A stretch of 62,386 nucleotides of DNA, filler included. It is 15 parts of 15 records of this genome, joined end to end, with 100 filler letters (N's around TTAATTAATTAA, not from the genome) between each part and the next. Parts side by side here need not be neighbours in the genome. Positions count along the whole stretch, not along the records: positions 1 to 5,090 come from SRR9188676_1220; positions 5,191 to 11,213 come from SRR9188676_1227; positions 11,314 to 14,865 come from SRR9188676_1242; 12 more parts are not named here. One strand, 5' to 3'. Positions 1-14,151 of the stretch are shown here, one piece after another. The translations under genes and the position numbers were made by a program. Position 1 is the first letter of the stretch, and each line of letters starts with the position of its first letter. A model generated the notes under the pieces. That model made no database searches, had not been told where the DNA came from, and saw nothing but the letters and a program-made list of their open reading frames with translations.

Positions 1-297
1 GAAATGTTAGAGATGACATGAGAATGAAGAAAAGATATATAAAAAAAAGGAGAGCTGAGATGGTAGAACCTAAATAAAATAAGAAGAAAAATGAAGGTTC
101 ATGGGTGCGGATGGAAAATGGGAGACAATTGAGAAATAATCTTCCCCTCTAGATATTGTAATTTGTCATTTTGTTTTGATACCATTTTTTTCTGTAAGGA
201 CACTTCAACGAGACTCGAGAAGACGATATGTTGCATCTTTTCTATTTTCATCAGACAAAGACATTTTCGAGGGAGAAGAGTTAAAGAGATCACATAC

Positions 298-3200
298 CCG
301 ATATCATCAGTGGTTGTGATGTGGAAGGTTGCGATGCTGTTTTGGCGGAAACCAACACCACTGTGATCCAGTCCGAATTCTTGGCTTTGAGTGTTTTTTC
401 CATATAAAGTGATGAATGCATTGGCATTGGTCCCAGCATTGCTCACATCTCCCGTGAGGATTTCAACTGTGTACATTGATTCCACACGTACAGATTTTCT
501 GGAGGGGGGAAAATAAGAGAAGAAAAAATCAGAATAAGTATGCAAGGTGAAAATAACAAAGGGACGACAGCAGAGAGGCCTACTTGAAGCAGAGAGACTG
601 AGGATCACTGACGAATGTTCTCATTCTCTACGATCAAGGATTCGGATCCAAAGAAATCGCCAATGCCACTCAACAAAGTTAAAGTATATATCCAGAGATA
701 TCACGAGCTCATTCAAAATGAGATCATGAGAAAAACAAACGAGAGTTGAATGCATCGACCGACTGACTGAATGGGCGATGGGAGGTAGTGTGTTTTAGTC
801 AAAACACACAAGTTCATCAGTGATAGGCTTAGCCTATACGAGTCTAATAAAATATACGGAGTGAAACGAGTTGTACCTGCGGAAAGATCGCGATGGGGCA
901 CGTGGCCGAGCCTCAATATTCTCTCGAGAGACAGCTCTTTCAGGTTGCGCAGGTCGGCGCTTTTCCTCTTCTTCCATTTCCTTGGCGATCGCATCCATAC
1001 CCACTGCCTCAATGTCACTGTCATCATCGTGGGTTTGGGGAGTCGGGACAGTCGCCCGAGAGGTCTGGAAAACATCCCCAAGGATGTTCATCACATTCGC
1101 GGAGACTTTCTTTTCCTTTTCCTTTCCACCACCTTCGAAATAGGGAATGCGCTCCTTCACAGGAACGGGCTCTGGACTGATCACATTAGGATTCATCGAA
1201 GAAGAAGCTTTCTCCGGTGTGGCGCTTGGTGGAGGATCCATTGTTCTCTCTGATGAGTTCTTTCTGACCGTTTGGGGAAAGGTTGTTCGAGAATTTCTAC
1301 GAAACACAATAGAAACCTTTGAGGAGAAAGTGGCACTGGCATCCCCGATAAAACCCCTTCTTCGTCGTCTGCCCTCTTTTTGGTCCTCATTTTCTGCTGA
1401 TTCTATGTATATCTCTCGTCATATTGTATGAATATAAGTCAAGCTAGCTATTTGCTTTTGACTTACCAAAAAAAGCCTTTCGCTGGGGTTCCTTCAAACA
1501 ACATGATCCTGCACTACACTTCAATCTTCCTGAACCGAACTCATAATTCCACTAGAACGAGGATCACTTCAAATATCATTGAAGAATGTTTATGAAACCA
1601 AGGAATTGTTGGAGAGAGCTGGTGAAGCCGAAGCCTGTGACGCTGTGAAGTTCACTTGGAACTCAAGAAATAACCCCAAATAAATTGGGAAAGTAAGTTA
1701 TATATATTTATTGAATATGATTTGAAGTGAGGAATACATTCAGTCCGACGAGGGATCGATCGGATCCAATCTGATCGATGCGGAGCGGTTCAATTGCTCA
1801 GCTGCTGGTTTTTGCGAAATATCAGGTCCACTGGTTCAGTGGATATCTATTTCGTCAGATTGCTGATGATATTCCAGATAAATTATTGGACCTTCATGTG
1901 GTCTTATTCGAAGGAAGGTGGAAGCATGTTTTCCTTATCTTCAGCGATGAGAGGGATTCTAAGTTTCTTGGCTTTCGGGGCTTGTTGAGGAGACTGAAGT
2001 CCACCCTCAACCACAGTGCTGTGGTTGGGGATGATAGGTTGCTGATCAAAAGTTCGCTTCTTCTCTGAATGGTGAGAGTCATGGAAAGAGACCTGTTTCT
2101 CTGTCGTGTTTGTGGTACTGGAGGAGATATTCTGTTTCAGATCCACGAGGACAGTGCGGGTCTGAGAGGAAAAGAGGTTCAGGGACAGAGTCGTTGATTT
2201 GGTGGAGGTAACAGAGATAGATGACTTTGAGTCCTGCTGTTGTTGAATGTCCATGGTTTCTGAAGAGTTCAGAGCGGCTCGAAGTTTGTCGGTTTCGAAT
2301 TCGGCCTTCCGACGGGCAGCGGCTTCTGTGATATCAACAACAACAACAACAAAAAAAAAATGAGACGAGTATTAGAGATGGATCATGAAATTTTCGAAGC
2401 GAAGTCAGAAATATGATCAAATAAATTTTAGTCTGTGAAAATGTTGTTTTTCACCCTCGACGGAGTTAGAAGAAGACTATAAATTATAAAAAATGCAGTA
2501 TAAAAGGCAATATAAAAGAAGGTAACCTAAGGGAAGTATATTATGGTAGGCCATCATCTGTTAATATAATGCTATCCTCCAATTCAAGAATACATAAAAA
2601 CCGAGATAGAGGATCCATTATCATACCATTCAGTCGAAGCATCTCCTTTGTCTGCAACTGATTTGACAAATCAGCGATGCGGTTCCTTAGTCTGCCTGCC
2701 TCAGCACGCAGAGAGCTAATGAGGTCATCTTGGTTCGACAGTCTCTTCGTGGCATTATCGAGCTCGTGCTCCACAGAGGCCAATGCCTTCTTCAACTGGT
2801 ACTCGTGATCACGATCATCCTCCCGCATCTTGCGCTCTAATCGCGCAAGCTTATCATGCTGAACATACAAATAAAATGAAGAAATAAATGAGCTCACAAA
2901 TGATATCCATTCCTGAGGACAGGAGACACGACACTTCATCAGCAGTTTTCATTCCACACGATATTTTTGATTACTTCGATTGACGATAAAGAAAATACGC
3001 TCATACTGACGATAATTTAACTGACAAATACGACATTAGCTTCGGAAGGTCCTACTCTTTTCAGGAAATATACCCATATAGCGACCCAATATTCATTTTC
3101 ATTGGGGTCTATGTTTGTCTGGATCAGTGTGACCAATAGCAAAAGAGAAAAAGAAATCATACCAGCTCGTTGATCTTTCGATCCTTGACCTTGAGTGTTG

Positions 3201-4770
3201 ATTCCTGTGAACTCGTGGGATCCTGTTCGCAGCTCCTATAAAACAAAGCAAACAATTGGCCGGATTAGTACAAAATTAATGAAAATGAAAGAGCGGAATA
3301 GCGGCGAAAGAGAATGCAGAGTACATACATTGTGCGAGTGAGGCGTCGCTCCAGGCTGTGGATGTGTGACTCCTTGCGAGTCAGTTCAGTGGCCAATCGC
3401 GCATTCTCTTCACTCAAACGGGCACGGTCTCCCATCAGAATATGCCCCTCTCGGTCCTGATTGGCAACCTCAACGGTCTACACAGCGTCGGAAAAATCGG
3501 AGCAAGAGTTAGATTCAGAAATCAAGTAAGAGAGAGAGGAGACCTAAGTGTGTGTGAGAGAGATTATACCATTGGTGCCTGTTGATTAGACGTGTGAGAG
3601 GGAAGATGCTTACCGTCAATGAATATTCTGACGAGAATGTCTGGGTAGAAATCGACTTCTGCAAACAAAAAAAGAGAGAACAATAAGAAAAGCGACCTCA
3701 AAACGTATAACGATATTTTGAAGAAATGATGCGACGATTAGGATAAACAGAATTAATTTGGCAATAAAAATGATATACATAGGACAAATCGACGTGAAAA
3801 TTACAAGTGTCTCTTCCAGGTGTGCGATCAGTGGTAAAATGGCCTTTAAAGGTTACCAAATCGCTGATCATAACCCTGAATGACCATTTTAACACCGATG
3901 GGAACACCGATCCTGAAACACTTTTGCGGGGTTTGGAACGCCCAATAAAGGGGAAAAAACATTACCGAATCTTCAGGCTTCTTGGCAGGGGTGCTTTCGC
4001 TCAACACAGTCGCGATACGCTTCTTCAGAGCCTGTCCAAAAAATCATACAACAACGGATCAGAAAAAGTAAATGCAAACTGAGTTGAGCTCCAGAGACAG
4101 TAGATGACGGATGAAAAATGACTCTTGGTGACTGTTCTATCGGAAAGTTGATCTGTATTCACTAAAAGCAAGAATTTCCCGTGAAAGAGAAGGATGATGA
4201 TGAGAGTGAGACTGGGTTATGATGATTGCGATGATTTTCAATGATTGTACTGAGAGAGAGAATAAGACACAATAAGGACATCGGAACCAAGAGAAACTAT
4301 TTTCAGAACCTTGCTCATTCCATCAGTCCGACCATTATTACCAGGGAAGAAAAAAAAAAAATGACAGTCATACCCACGTGTGAACATACCTGAATTTCAT
4401 TCTTCAAGGCAGACACAGACTGGCTGCGCTCTTGCTCTAGGAGTTCCATATCCTCCTCCAGGCCCTCCTTCTCCTTCGCCATCCTGTCTCTCTGCTGCTT
4501 CAACTGCTCGTTTTCTGCCTCTAGCTCACTCAGCCGCTTCTCCACCGCCGATACATTCACATTCGCACTATCGCGAGTGATATCACTGCCTGTCGCAGGC
4601 TTCTTTGCGCTTGTGGTAGCACTGTCAGAAGCAGAATCGTGATGGTCCATAGAGCGCAGTGAGCGTGCAATGATGGCTTGCTTTTCGGCCTCCAAGCGTT
4701 CCACCTCGCTTTGAACCAAGTGAAGTTCGGATTGCAGGCGTGAGGCGTGCATCTCGGCTTGAGTCCTGGC
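298..4770 (-). CDS. Multi-exon coiled-coil protein with a PLAT/LH2 domain (partial at both ends)
   Basis: Exon about 298-498 encodes YTVEILTGDVSNAGTNANAFITLYGKNTQSQEFGLDHSGVGFRQNSIATFHITTTDDIG, the PLAT signature. Upstream GT-AG-bounded exons (e.g. about 4391-4770, 2627-2858) are heptad-rich. Joining them into one gene is inferred from shared strand and splice sites. Confidence 0.75.
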
Positions 4771-5090
4771 CTGCAAGTTAAGAGGAGAAAATAACAGTGT
4801 AGGTGTGAATCAGAATGATGTCTGTTGAAAAAGATGGCGAAAGTGAAGGGGTCGGGGAGGAATGAAGGGAAATATCGAGGTTCGAGAAGTATTGTTTTTT
4901 GAGAGGCGAGCCGACATAGGTGAGACTGAGAGGAGAAAATTCATACCTCTCATCCGACGTGGCACTTACATGGTTAATTGTGAAAAAGTAGTCCCCAATA
5001 ATATGACGTACACCTGATAATCTTCATGAAAGCTAGCTAAAATATTTTCTTTTCTTCTCAAAACCAAGTCAAAGTCGGTCTTATTCATGG

Positions 5091-5190
5091 NNNNNNNNNN
5101 NNNNNNNNNNNNNNNNNNNNNNNNNNNNNNNNNNTTAATTAATTAANNNNNNNNNNNNNNNNNNNNNNNNNNNNNNNNNNNNNNNNNNNN
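5091..5190. other. Artificial contig linker (N44-TTAATTAATTAA-N44), first of 14
   Basis: Identical 100-nt spacers with stops in all six frames at 5091-5190, 11214-11313, 14866-14965, 19021-19120, 24281-24380, 26568-26667, 31264-31363, 38065-38164, 40674-40773, 43577-43676, 46742-46841, 54222-54321, 57260-57359 and 59411-59510. Confidence 0.99.
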
Positions 5191-5258
5191 GGGACAGCAA
5201 AAACAACAAATGAAAGGTTGCTAAACACGGACATTAGCTTTGACTGAAGTGATAAGGC

Positions 5259-7948
5259 ATGAGTAAGTTCATTGAAAGATTCTGAAAAAAACACATTTTT
5301 AGCAACCCAGAGAAGAATGCACAAAGGGTGTGTGAAAGGCTCGACAGTCGGGTTCATTTCACATCATGTCCGAATACTGAGCACAATCTTACAAAAGCGG
5401 CTATGGGATTTCGCTTACACTGACTGTGCCTCGATCCTGAGCGTGCTATTTCGCCGATATGATGCGTCTTATGCCGATGTCGTCACACAGTTGCTTCGCT
5501 CTTTTCATGTTTTGGGTTATGACCGAGAAAACTCGGAGTATCTTGCTTCAGAATTCTTTTATGTACGTCACACGCAGCCTCCCAAACGATCCTCATAAGA
5601 CTAACGCGCTAGTACAAAAAGACGAACTTGACTTAAAGTTCAACATTCTTAACCCAGTACATTGCTCCAATATGTCTGATACACCTAATCCTATCATCTA
5701 GGAACATACAGTCCTATTTCGGGCTTCATCTGACATGGTGTCCTGTGGGTCGACCACTTCCATGAATTTCCAGAATGTTGTTGAGAATCCAGGGTAATAT
5801 ACTGATAATATACTCAATTATGAGCTGCTTATGAGATATACTTGGTCTGAATTTTCCTCTCTGATCTTTCTTTCTTTCTTTCTCCCTGCAGTTGATTTTT
5901 ACTGCGACGCCTCGGTCCCAACCGAGAATCCTCGCGAAATTCGCCATGTTCTTGCTGGACCGTTTCTCGCTTCGAAAAGCGCAGGAAACATTGAAAACGT
6001 ACATTGATGTCAAGCCATTCAATAATACACCGTCTATCCTTGGGCTCACGGGAATTCTCACCACTCTGCTTCTCGAAAGCCACATCGAACTCCATGAGGA
6101 AATGTCCCTTATCCAGGCCGCAGATTCATCTGGCTCTGAAAATGAACAAGAACGGCGGGTTCCGTCATCCAGCCAGCGAGGTACGCTGACCTTCACCATC
6201 TTTATCAATATTCTTCCCCCACAATCCATCTCTATATGTCATCTATTTCACATCATGGATGTTCGGAAGCGAAGGCAATCCCCATTTGATGCACTTCGAA
6301 TCACATTGAAAGATAGTGGAGGTCCCATCGGCGCTGAAATATCACTTTTCATGCTGTAGCTGTAGTGTACAAAATGGTCACGTCTCAAATGTGGAGATGC
6401 ACTATAAAAGCGATGTTTCGCAGGCGAACGAATAAGGGAAAATTAGCTGAGCTAATATAAATGAAAGTGTCGCTCATGGATGGGCTTAAAAGATCTCTTT
6501 CAAGGTCTGCGTCTACAACCATATTGCTTCCTGATAAGCTGTCACTCCAAACCATCCATTCAGTTCCCTCTCTCTTCCTCTCTCCTCTCTCACACACACT
6601 TTCTCCTGCTCATTCCATCCATCTCTGGTTTCTTTTTCGTTTCTTTTCTCTCCCCTTTCTTCCCTCTTCCGTTTGCTTTATCTCGCTCTGTCTACATGAA
6701 TGAATTTCTGTCTACCTATACTGTCACATTTTCTCTCCTCCTTTTCTTTTGCCTTCGTTGCCCGACCTCGATCCTTCTCGATCTGCAGGGTGGGCGGCCG
6801 GGGTGAAGCAGAGCTCCAACGTGCCAGACTACATCTACACGCGAGGCAAAGATGCAACACAGGCATACTACACCGCAAATCTATGTCTCGAAAGGGCCAC
6901 CGTTCTCGACCCCTCCAACCCTACTTTTGTGTCCTTCCGCGCGCACTTATTTTCACTAGCCCGAGAATGGAAATCATGCTTACAAGTGATGTCTGACTTT
7001 TGCGAGAGTTACCCAGAATGCCCCGCGGCGTGGTACCTATTATTGAAATGTGTGCATGTACATCAGGACAATATGAAGAAAGTGGAGGGATTGGACATTA
7101 CCATAGACCAGCAGTTCTTCATCGAGCGTGCGTTTGTGTTAATGCAGCTGGATCCAATGAACTGCTTCGGACTTCATCTACTGAACGTGCTTCAAAACTC
7201 GGAAAACTTCAGCCATGATAAGTGCGTTTCTCACAAACTCACACACACTCACACTTCATGCGCCTTACTTCTCTTGCAAATTATCATTTTATACTGATAC
7301 CCATACCCGCACATACAATGCGATTCAGTCAGATTCTTGTTGTTTGCGCTTTTATTGAATCATCTTTTTTTCATCTTTTTTTTTCACGAATGAACTTTCA
7401 TGTTACAGAGAGTCAATGGCATGGTTCCCAGGTAGAAGTGGGGATTCCGAAATAGAAAAGAACCCTGACTAATCGATCTTGTCCTCTATATTATTCTCTT
7501 CGGCAGATTCGCATCCGTTCTGATCGAGCATCTCACACATGCCCCGAACTCTGTGCGCGTTTGGGAAACCCTCGTGCACATCCTGAAATCATATTGGACT
7601 GCCATTGAGGACGAGAGTGACTTCACGCCACAGGACTGGTGGTTCCGCTATCTGTTTCTGGACTTGGAATCGTCATGTGACCAGTCGATGCCCTTCGACT
7701 CCACTGAGGATTTCATCCCCATTCCCACCCCGAATTCCGATTCTGACCCCGGGGCTGTATCCCCAGATGACGATATGGCTGAACATGAGGGAGATGATCT
7801 GGATGGACTGAAAGACAGACTCCAATGGGCAAAATATGAGGTTGCGACCCAGTTTTTACTTAGTTCTAGAATCGATGAGGATTCCAAGGAATTGTTAAGG
7901 ACGTTCATTGAGAATATCGAACGGCTCGTGACACAGTCCCTGCATTAG
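5259..7948 (+). CDS. TAF1A-like (RNA polymerase I SL1 subunit A-like) helical protein
   Basis: Spliced exons give HVRILSTILQKRLWDF, KPFNNTPSILGLTGIL, CLERATVLDPSNPTFVSF, FCESYPECPAAWYLL and NSVRVWETL...WWFRYLF. The motif order matches TAF1A from memory. Probable 4-nt first exon (ATGA) then a 40-nt intron 5263-5302; TAG stop at 7946-7948. Confidence 0.55.
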
Positions 7949-8823
7949 ATTTTCTTTCTTCTGCTTGATCAACCAGCCCATATTCGGTCATGATTCATTA
8001 TTGAAACTTCGATGACTTGTTTGTGTTTTCGTGTCCAGCGAAAACGATGATCAAGCTGAGAACGTTTGGTTGACTCCCTCCGGCAGCATCCGGCAGATGA
8101 AAATTCACTTTTTGTTTTTTCTCTCCTTATGATTCGAGTTCCAACTCTGCAACAACAAAGTAACAAACGCCACTTCGGTTTATGCTTTCATTTTTTTGTT
8201 CGTTTGTCTCTTTTCGCTCCTAAACGTTGTTATACGTACCATTGCTTTGGTTCTATTATTTCTCCCGCCTTACCCACACTGTAGCACTGAGCTGTGTAGC
8301 ACAGTCGTACAAGTGTCCAAACAACACATCAAACTGATCAAACAGGCGGTGTAGAGGTTACTCAGGTTACTAGAGTCGGTCTTGGTAATAAACGCTTCCA
8401 CTGGGAACCTGGGAATCAATATAAAATTTCGTCTATGTGGGTCCTGATTTGGTTGTTGTTCAAAGTTCAATGCGATGCAAGCAGAAGAAATTGCAAAGCG
8501 TTCACAAAAGGATTTATTGTGTACATGTTCAAGAAGTAGATCGTGAACAATAATAAAGATCGTAATAAAAAATACAAAATTATGTAAAATGAGAATATGA
8601 AAGTGTGAATTGTGAGAGCGATGAGATGAAGCTGCACGGCTCAACATCAATCGGAGTGTTCTCCCCAAACTAAAGAGGGTTTTGCGGTCTTAATGATAGA
8701 AATGTCATTTCGCAAGAAGCCATTGTTGAAGTTATTTCCAACATCGCATGAATTAAGATCATCATCTCTTGGAAGATGTCTCCAAGAGTCGCGAAACTTA
8801 ATAAGTCTAATATATAGGTATAT

Positions 8824-9310
8824 TTATGTGTGGAAGAAACCGCCAGATGGAGTGCGCTTTGTAGAAACGTGCTTGTGTAGAAGTCTCTCAATCAATTTCT
8901 TCTCCTTCTCCCGTACAGCCTTTTCTTCAAGTCTCTTTTTCCGCTCATCAGGAGGTAAGCGTGCAAGGGCAGCAGCCTCACGTTCTTCTTCGTCAGATCT
9001 AGAAGTCGAAAGAGAAAGGCATGGGTCAGTTGGAGCTCAGATAAAACACACTTCGATCGGGCCAAACATACGAGTACTCTGATTCAGGTGTCCCAGGACG
9101 ACGAGTTCGGATTGCAGATGCGGGGTTGATGACATTATTTAGTTGATCTTCATCCACAAAGCTGCCGTCATTGACACCTTTGACCAAGTCTGTTCGAGGG
9201 AGAGTGGCGATGAGCATTCCAAGCATAACAACGAGCATCCGAGAAGGCAAGCTACCTTTGTAAGTATCAGGATGGGTCTTTCGAAGGTCTTGCCATAAGC
9301 GCTGAGTCAT
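8824..9310 (-). CDS. Small two-exon hypothetical protein (hydrophobic segment then charged helix)
   Basis: MTQRLWQDLRK...PESEYS, GTATGT...TTCTAG intron, then SDEEEREAAALARLPPDERKKRLEEKAVREKEKLIERLLHKHVSTKRTPSGGFFHT-TAA. Splicing restores the frame. Confidence 0.7.
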
Positions 9311-9479
9311 TTTTGCTTGAAAGGTGGAGGATAATAGAATGAAAAGGGAAGCAAGTCAGATTTGGCGTTGGTCGCTATTTTTGGGCTGGAAATCTGGCTG
9401 TCACATCTACCAGTGAGAACCCACCCCCCAACTTTCTGCCTGTTGGTCACGTCAGAAAAGAGAGAAAAACCTTCACAGC

Positions 9480-10199
9480 ATGTCTGGGAACGACTCGAAA
9501 TACTTCCAAACCACCAAGAAAGGTGAATATTTTGCCTGATAGTCTAGTTGCTAAATACATGATGCGTCCATGTGGCGATTTGAAACCTCACAAACTCTCT
9601 TTCCATTCACGCGATCCGCGCTGATTTCGATAATTTATCATTCTAGGTGAGATTCCTGAGCTCAAGGAAGAGCTCAACAGCCCTAAGCCCGACAAGAAGA
9701 AGGAGGCTGTGAAGAAGGTCATTGCTGCCATGACTGTCGGCAAGGTTTGTGCGACCGAATTCAATGTAATCTCGTAGAGGTTCTAATTCCAATGAATTTG
9801 CAGGATGTTTCTTCTCTTTTCACTGATGTTGTAAACTGTATGCAAACCACAAACCTTGAGCTGAAAAAGCTTGTCTATCTCTACCTCATCAACTACGCCA
9901 AGAGCCAGCCTGATCTTGCCATTCTTGCCGTGAACACCTTCGTGAAAGACACTCAGGATCCTAACCCTCTGATCCGCGCTCTTGCTGTATGTTTCTGCTC
10001 TTATATTATTTATTTATTTGTCTTGTTTTTTCATTCGATTTGTTTCTCTTAAATTTTCTCGTTCGTTTTCATCCACTTTCCATCTTTTCACTCATGTTGA
10101 CTTATTTTTCTAGGTCCGTACCATGGGTTGTATCCGTGTGGATCGAATCACTGAATATCTTTGCGATCCTCTCCGATCTTGCCTTAAGGATGAAGATCC
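9480..10199 (+). CDS. AP1B1: AP-1/AP-2 complex beta subunit (beta-adaptin), first 4 exons, 3' partial
   Basis: [26 protein letters not shown]...[44 protein letters not shown]...[30 protein letters not shown]. All introns GT-AG. Confidence 0.97.
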
Positions 10200-11185
10200 G
10201 TATGTTTTTCCTGGATTTCTGTTTTTCATTTTCTTTGCTTGGGATGTTCGATCTCTATTTTTCTTCTGGACTTTCTTTTCCACAACTTCTGAAGTAATCA
10301 TCTCTTCTTTCCAAAACTATAACTGTGAGAAAAGCCGTCGTCTGACATGGCACATGGACGGTTTTTGTTGTTGTGACGGCGAATGATTTCTGTCAGAGAA
10401 ATTCTGTTGATAAGAAATAACCCCTGACATACGTCCAGGCCCAGTTTATAGAGTCCCCTCGTCTGTCTGTAATTTCTTTCTCTCACTGTTTCTCGTAATT
10501 CGTTATTTGCATCGGTGCGCGGAAGTCGAGGGGTCACCTGAGGATGGAATAGCAGGGCTGAGTGTCTGATTCCCCATCCATAGGTGTCTCCTAGTCTGCA
10601 GGACTTTCTTTTAACATCATATCCTACGTTTTCGGTTCATTGCAAAAGGGGAATTGTATTGCACATACAAAACCATTTCTAGTGTGATAATCTATTGAGA
10701 CTGTTCTCATTATTGAAGTTTCCGGGAATATGACTTTCTCGTTGTTATCTTGCATTTTTTTATGACAAATCTCCCCGACGACGACTCTCTGCTCGACCTT
10801 AAATGTTCGGATAGTTTTATTGTGCAGTGATTTTGATAATTTTGAGCTTATTTTATTTCTGGCAAATCTAAATGATCGGCTATTCGGCTTTATCGAGCCT
10901 TTCTATTTGCGTTCTTGCTCATTGTGGAAACAATGCATGATGCTGATGATTTTTTTTACTGGATGTTTGGGCTCTTGGAAGGATTTAAAAAATCCTGATT
11001 TACAAAAAGTGTCAGTGAAATTGGTCATTCATCTGCATATTCTTTGCGTTTCCCCTCCTCTACCACTTCACGCCCTACTTAACGCAATGCAGATGGTTTC
11101 GAAATCATCTGTCTCGAACGAGGTATCTTTTTTATTCTTTTAAAGCGCGGATTGGTCGAAACCTTTTTCTTTATTTTTCTTCGAT

Positions 11186-11213
11186 GACCTCCACGACGAC
11201 CATTCTCTAACTC
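11186..11213 (+). repeat. Dispersed intronic repeat, copy A
   Basis: GACCTCCACGACGACCATTCTCTAACTC runs into the contig end and matches the copies at 31236-31263 and (reverse complement) 46842-46892. Confidence 0.85.
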
Positions 11214-11356
11214 NNNNNNNNNNNNNNNNNNNNNNNNNNNNNNNNNNNNNNNNNNNNTTAATTAATTAANNNNNNNNNNNNNNNNNNNNNNNNNNNNNNN
11301 NNNNNNNNNNNNNTGATATGGTATGGTCTGGTATGGTATGGTAGAGCATGGCGTAC

Positions 11357-12229
11357 CTCATGGTGCACATGCACAGCGCCAAAGTATGCTGAGGCTAGAA
11401 CTGTGAGGATGTCTATGGCCAGCATGAGCAGCAGTGTGATGACGAGCAGGGCGACACGCGGGCGCGAGGCATGCATCACGTGGATCAGCCCCGTGCCGTG
11501 CCCTGCCTCCGTGTCGCCGTGTCCGCCGTCCCCGACACTGTCGAAAATCTCCTGGTTCCTGAGTGACGACCGTGGGACGGTAAAAAGAGGGGGGGTGGTG
11601 GGGTTCGGAGGGTTGGTGACAAGAAAGCGTAAGGGTCAAGTTTTTGTTGGAAGCGATGAGAGATGTTAAATTGATACGAAAAATCTGAAGCAAAGACTGA
11701 AAGAAAGGCCACATATCCTGAATGAATTGTAAGAGTATGGGTCTGAAAAAGAAGAACAAGAACAAAAAAAGTAGAAAAATGAGAAACCAGGCAAGCACGT
11801 ACCTGCCCACAAGCATATAGAGAGAGTCCATCGGGGTGGCCAGGAGCCTCATCATGTATTCCTCTCTTCGATTTCCAGCGCGTTTCCCTCCCTCACCCCG
11901 CATACTCCCCGCACCCCCCCTACCCGCTACGCGACTCCTCGGGGAGTCCAGGGGCATGTGAGATGGCGAGCGGAACGAAATGCGGTCCAGGAACCTCATC
12001 CACCTGTTCCTGCGGTCCTGTGCGTTCGTGGCATCCACCATATCCATGTCAGCATCGATGTCCTCAGGTAGGCCCAGACCCATCTCCTGGGGGTCCCTCG
12101 GGGATATCGAGGAATCACCCTTGGGCCCCCCCCCCCCCGGAACGCCTGCGGGTGTCTAACCTCTGGTCCGAGTTCGTCAGCGCCACCCCCCCCACCCCGG
12201 CCACCCCCTATCCCAGAGAAGATATTCAT
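11357..12229 (-). CDS. Hypothetical membrane protein with Gly-rich N-terminus (3' partial; probable homopolymer frameshift at 12126-12138)
   Basis: ...DSLYMLVGR| splices (about 240-nt GT-AG intron) to NQEIFDSVGD...RVALLVITLLLMLAIDILTVLASAYFGAVHVHHE, which contains a TM-like segment. Confidence 0.5.
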
Positions 12230-12862
12230 GGACGAGCCGTAGAGTTCTGATATGGGCTGCTGAACTGCATTCACACAAGACAAGGCAAGACAAGGCAAGG
12301 CAAAATGGGTTTGAGCATCTCCGCGACGGGTGGAACATGTTTCGACGTGACGAGGAAGCAATGAACACAGAATGTCGTGATTTTTTTTTGAGGAATTCCT
12401 CGCAGTGGAGTACTCGAAACGAAATAAAAGACGGAAGAAATATAAGTCTTCCTCAGCGTGGCATGCCTCCGTCCAGGTTTTTGAGAAATGGGGGGTAGTG
12501 GAGGGGGGGAGTAGCAAGCGCGGAAAAAACGTGCGAGGGAAACTTATTTTCCCCCTACTGTAAGGATACTTACGTTGCCGCGTATCTGACGGTGCAGGAA
12601 CAATTTCATTCATCCATACTTCCTCGGCAAGTCTCGTGGGTCTGACGTATTCCCTGGAGGGCCGGTCCTGGCTCGACCGCCCCGTGCCATAGTCCTGCGG
12701 CAGAATACCATGAACATGATTTTTAGGTTTTGGGTGTTCGAGGTTCAGGGTGTGAGGATGTTAAGGATCAAGATCAGAATGACTGATTGATGAAAGCCAA
12801 AAAAGATTCAGATAAATGATAAATGATGATCGGGTTATTATCGAAATCGGTTGGCTATTGAG

Positions 12863-13883
12863 CTATGGCTTTTTGTCCATAATTTCGGTTGACCTGAGGG
12901 ATTCATCTTTCATCCCCTTTCTTCATCTCCAGCAGCAGCTGGTGAACAAGGGTGGTCAACTTTGTCCTGACTAAGTCCCCAGATGAAAGCTGAAAGCTGA
13001 AAGATGACAAAGATAATGCCTGACTTTAGGTAGAAATCGAGAGCAGTTCTGCAAGGTAAGGTGTTACAAGAAAAACTATCAAAGAAAGTGGAAGTGGTTG
13101 TGATATCTTCACGGCCTTATATGGACGACGATTAATTGAATCGAAAATGAAAAGATAAAACATTGAATTCAAATTTGACGCGGCTGATGTTAGGATCCTG
13201 AGATGAGAGGAAAAAGAGGACGAGCAGGACAATAGAAAAGGTCTTCCGGTATTACTGGAAAGGAATACAAGAAAAGGAAGAGGATAATATCTCGGAAATG
13301 AATGGACGGACCTGATGGATTGGTTCGGGTGCCGAGGGGGAATTTTCTTTGTTTGTGACGAAGATCTTGACGTTAAAGATAGCCTCGACACAAGACACAT
13401 AATTCACCATTGCGGCTACTTTTGACACCCCTCTTTGGCTGTTCCATGCCTCATATCTATCATATCAAACAAAAAGTGACCTTGAATTCACAGGGAAAAG
13501 AATAGCATATGAACTGTGAGATTCTTGGAATCTCCATCGTCACCGTCGATGGATAAAAGATGAGATGAATGTGTCTTCATCACAGATATGTCCTGAAAAC
13601 ATACCGTTGCAATCGCTTTTTATTCTCAAAGTCTTCAGGCGATGGGTCAGCCGGTGCATCGCCGATTTTGGCTTGTTTATGCCATGAGTACAGTTCAAGT
13701 TTATTTCGACTTGAGAGGGCTTTCTGGTTATTCCGAACAAGGCGAACAGCTTCATCAAATGCTTCCGAGATTGATGACTGCGAGAAACATGAGATTCCAT
13801 CAGTTCTGACCTCGAAAGATGCAGTCATGACGTACAGTTGCTCGGACTGGAATAACCCTCTTTCCATCTTCAAATGGATTCAT
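12863..13883 (-). CDS. Acyl-CoA-binding (ACBP) domain protein
   Basis: SEAFDEAVRLVRNNQKALSSRNKLELYSWHKQAKIGDAPADPSPEDF...R|YEAWNSQRGVSKVAAMVNYVSCVEAI matches the ACBP consensus (LY..YKQA..GD; W.AW....G.S...AM..Y). The 3' exons are uncertain. Confidence 0.85.
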
Positions 13884-14151
13884 GGTATTTCACTGTTTCT
13901 GCTTCATCTCACGAAATTCAATTGAACATGACTCATGGCCTGTAACCGAAAACCCTTCTGAAAAAGACCGTTCGTATATAGATCTACCCCCCTCACACAT
14001 AAAAGTCTTGTGAATGAAAACTAGCTAGTACCCAAGGCTAAGAATAGATCTCTTGATTGATGAGTCAGATTTGATTTCAAAGATTGACAGTTTAGGAACC
14101 AAACATTCGGACAACCAGTTTTTTTTTTTTTTGCTGTCGAAATCGCCCGCA

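Noticed and set aside
12126-12138. Programmed frameshift at a G13 run on the minus strand
   Set aside because: One extra G joins the two frames. A homopolymer length error or a downstream start at 12083 is simpler.
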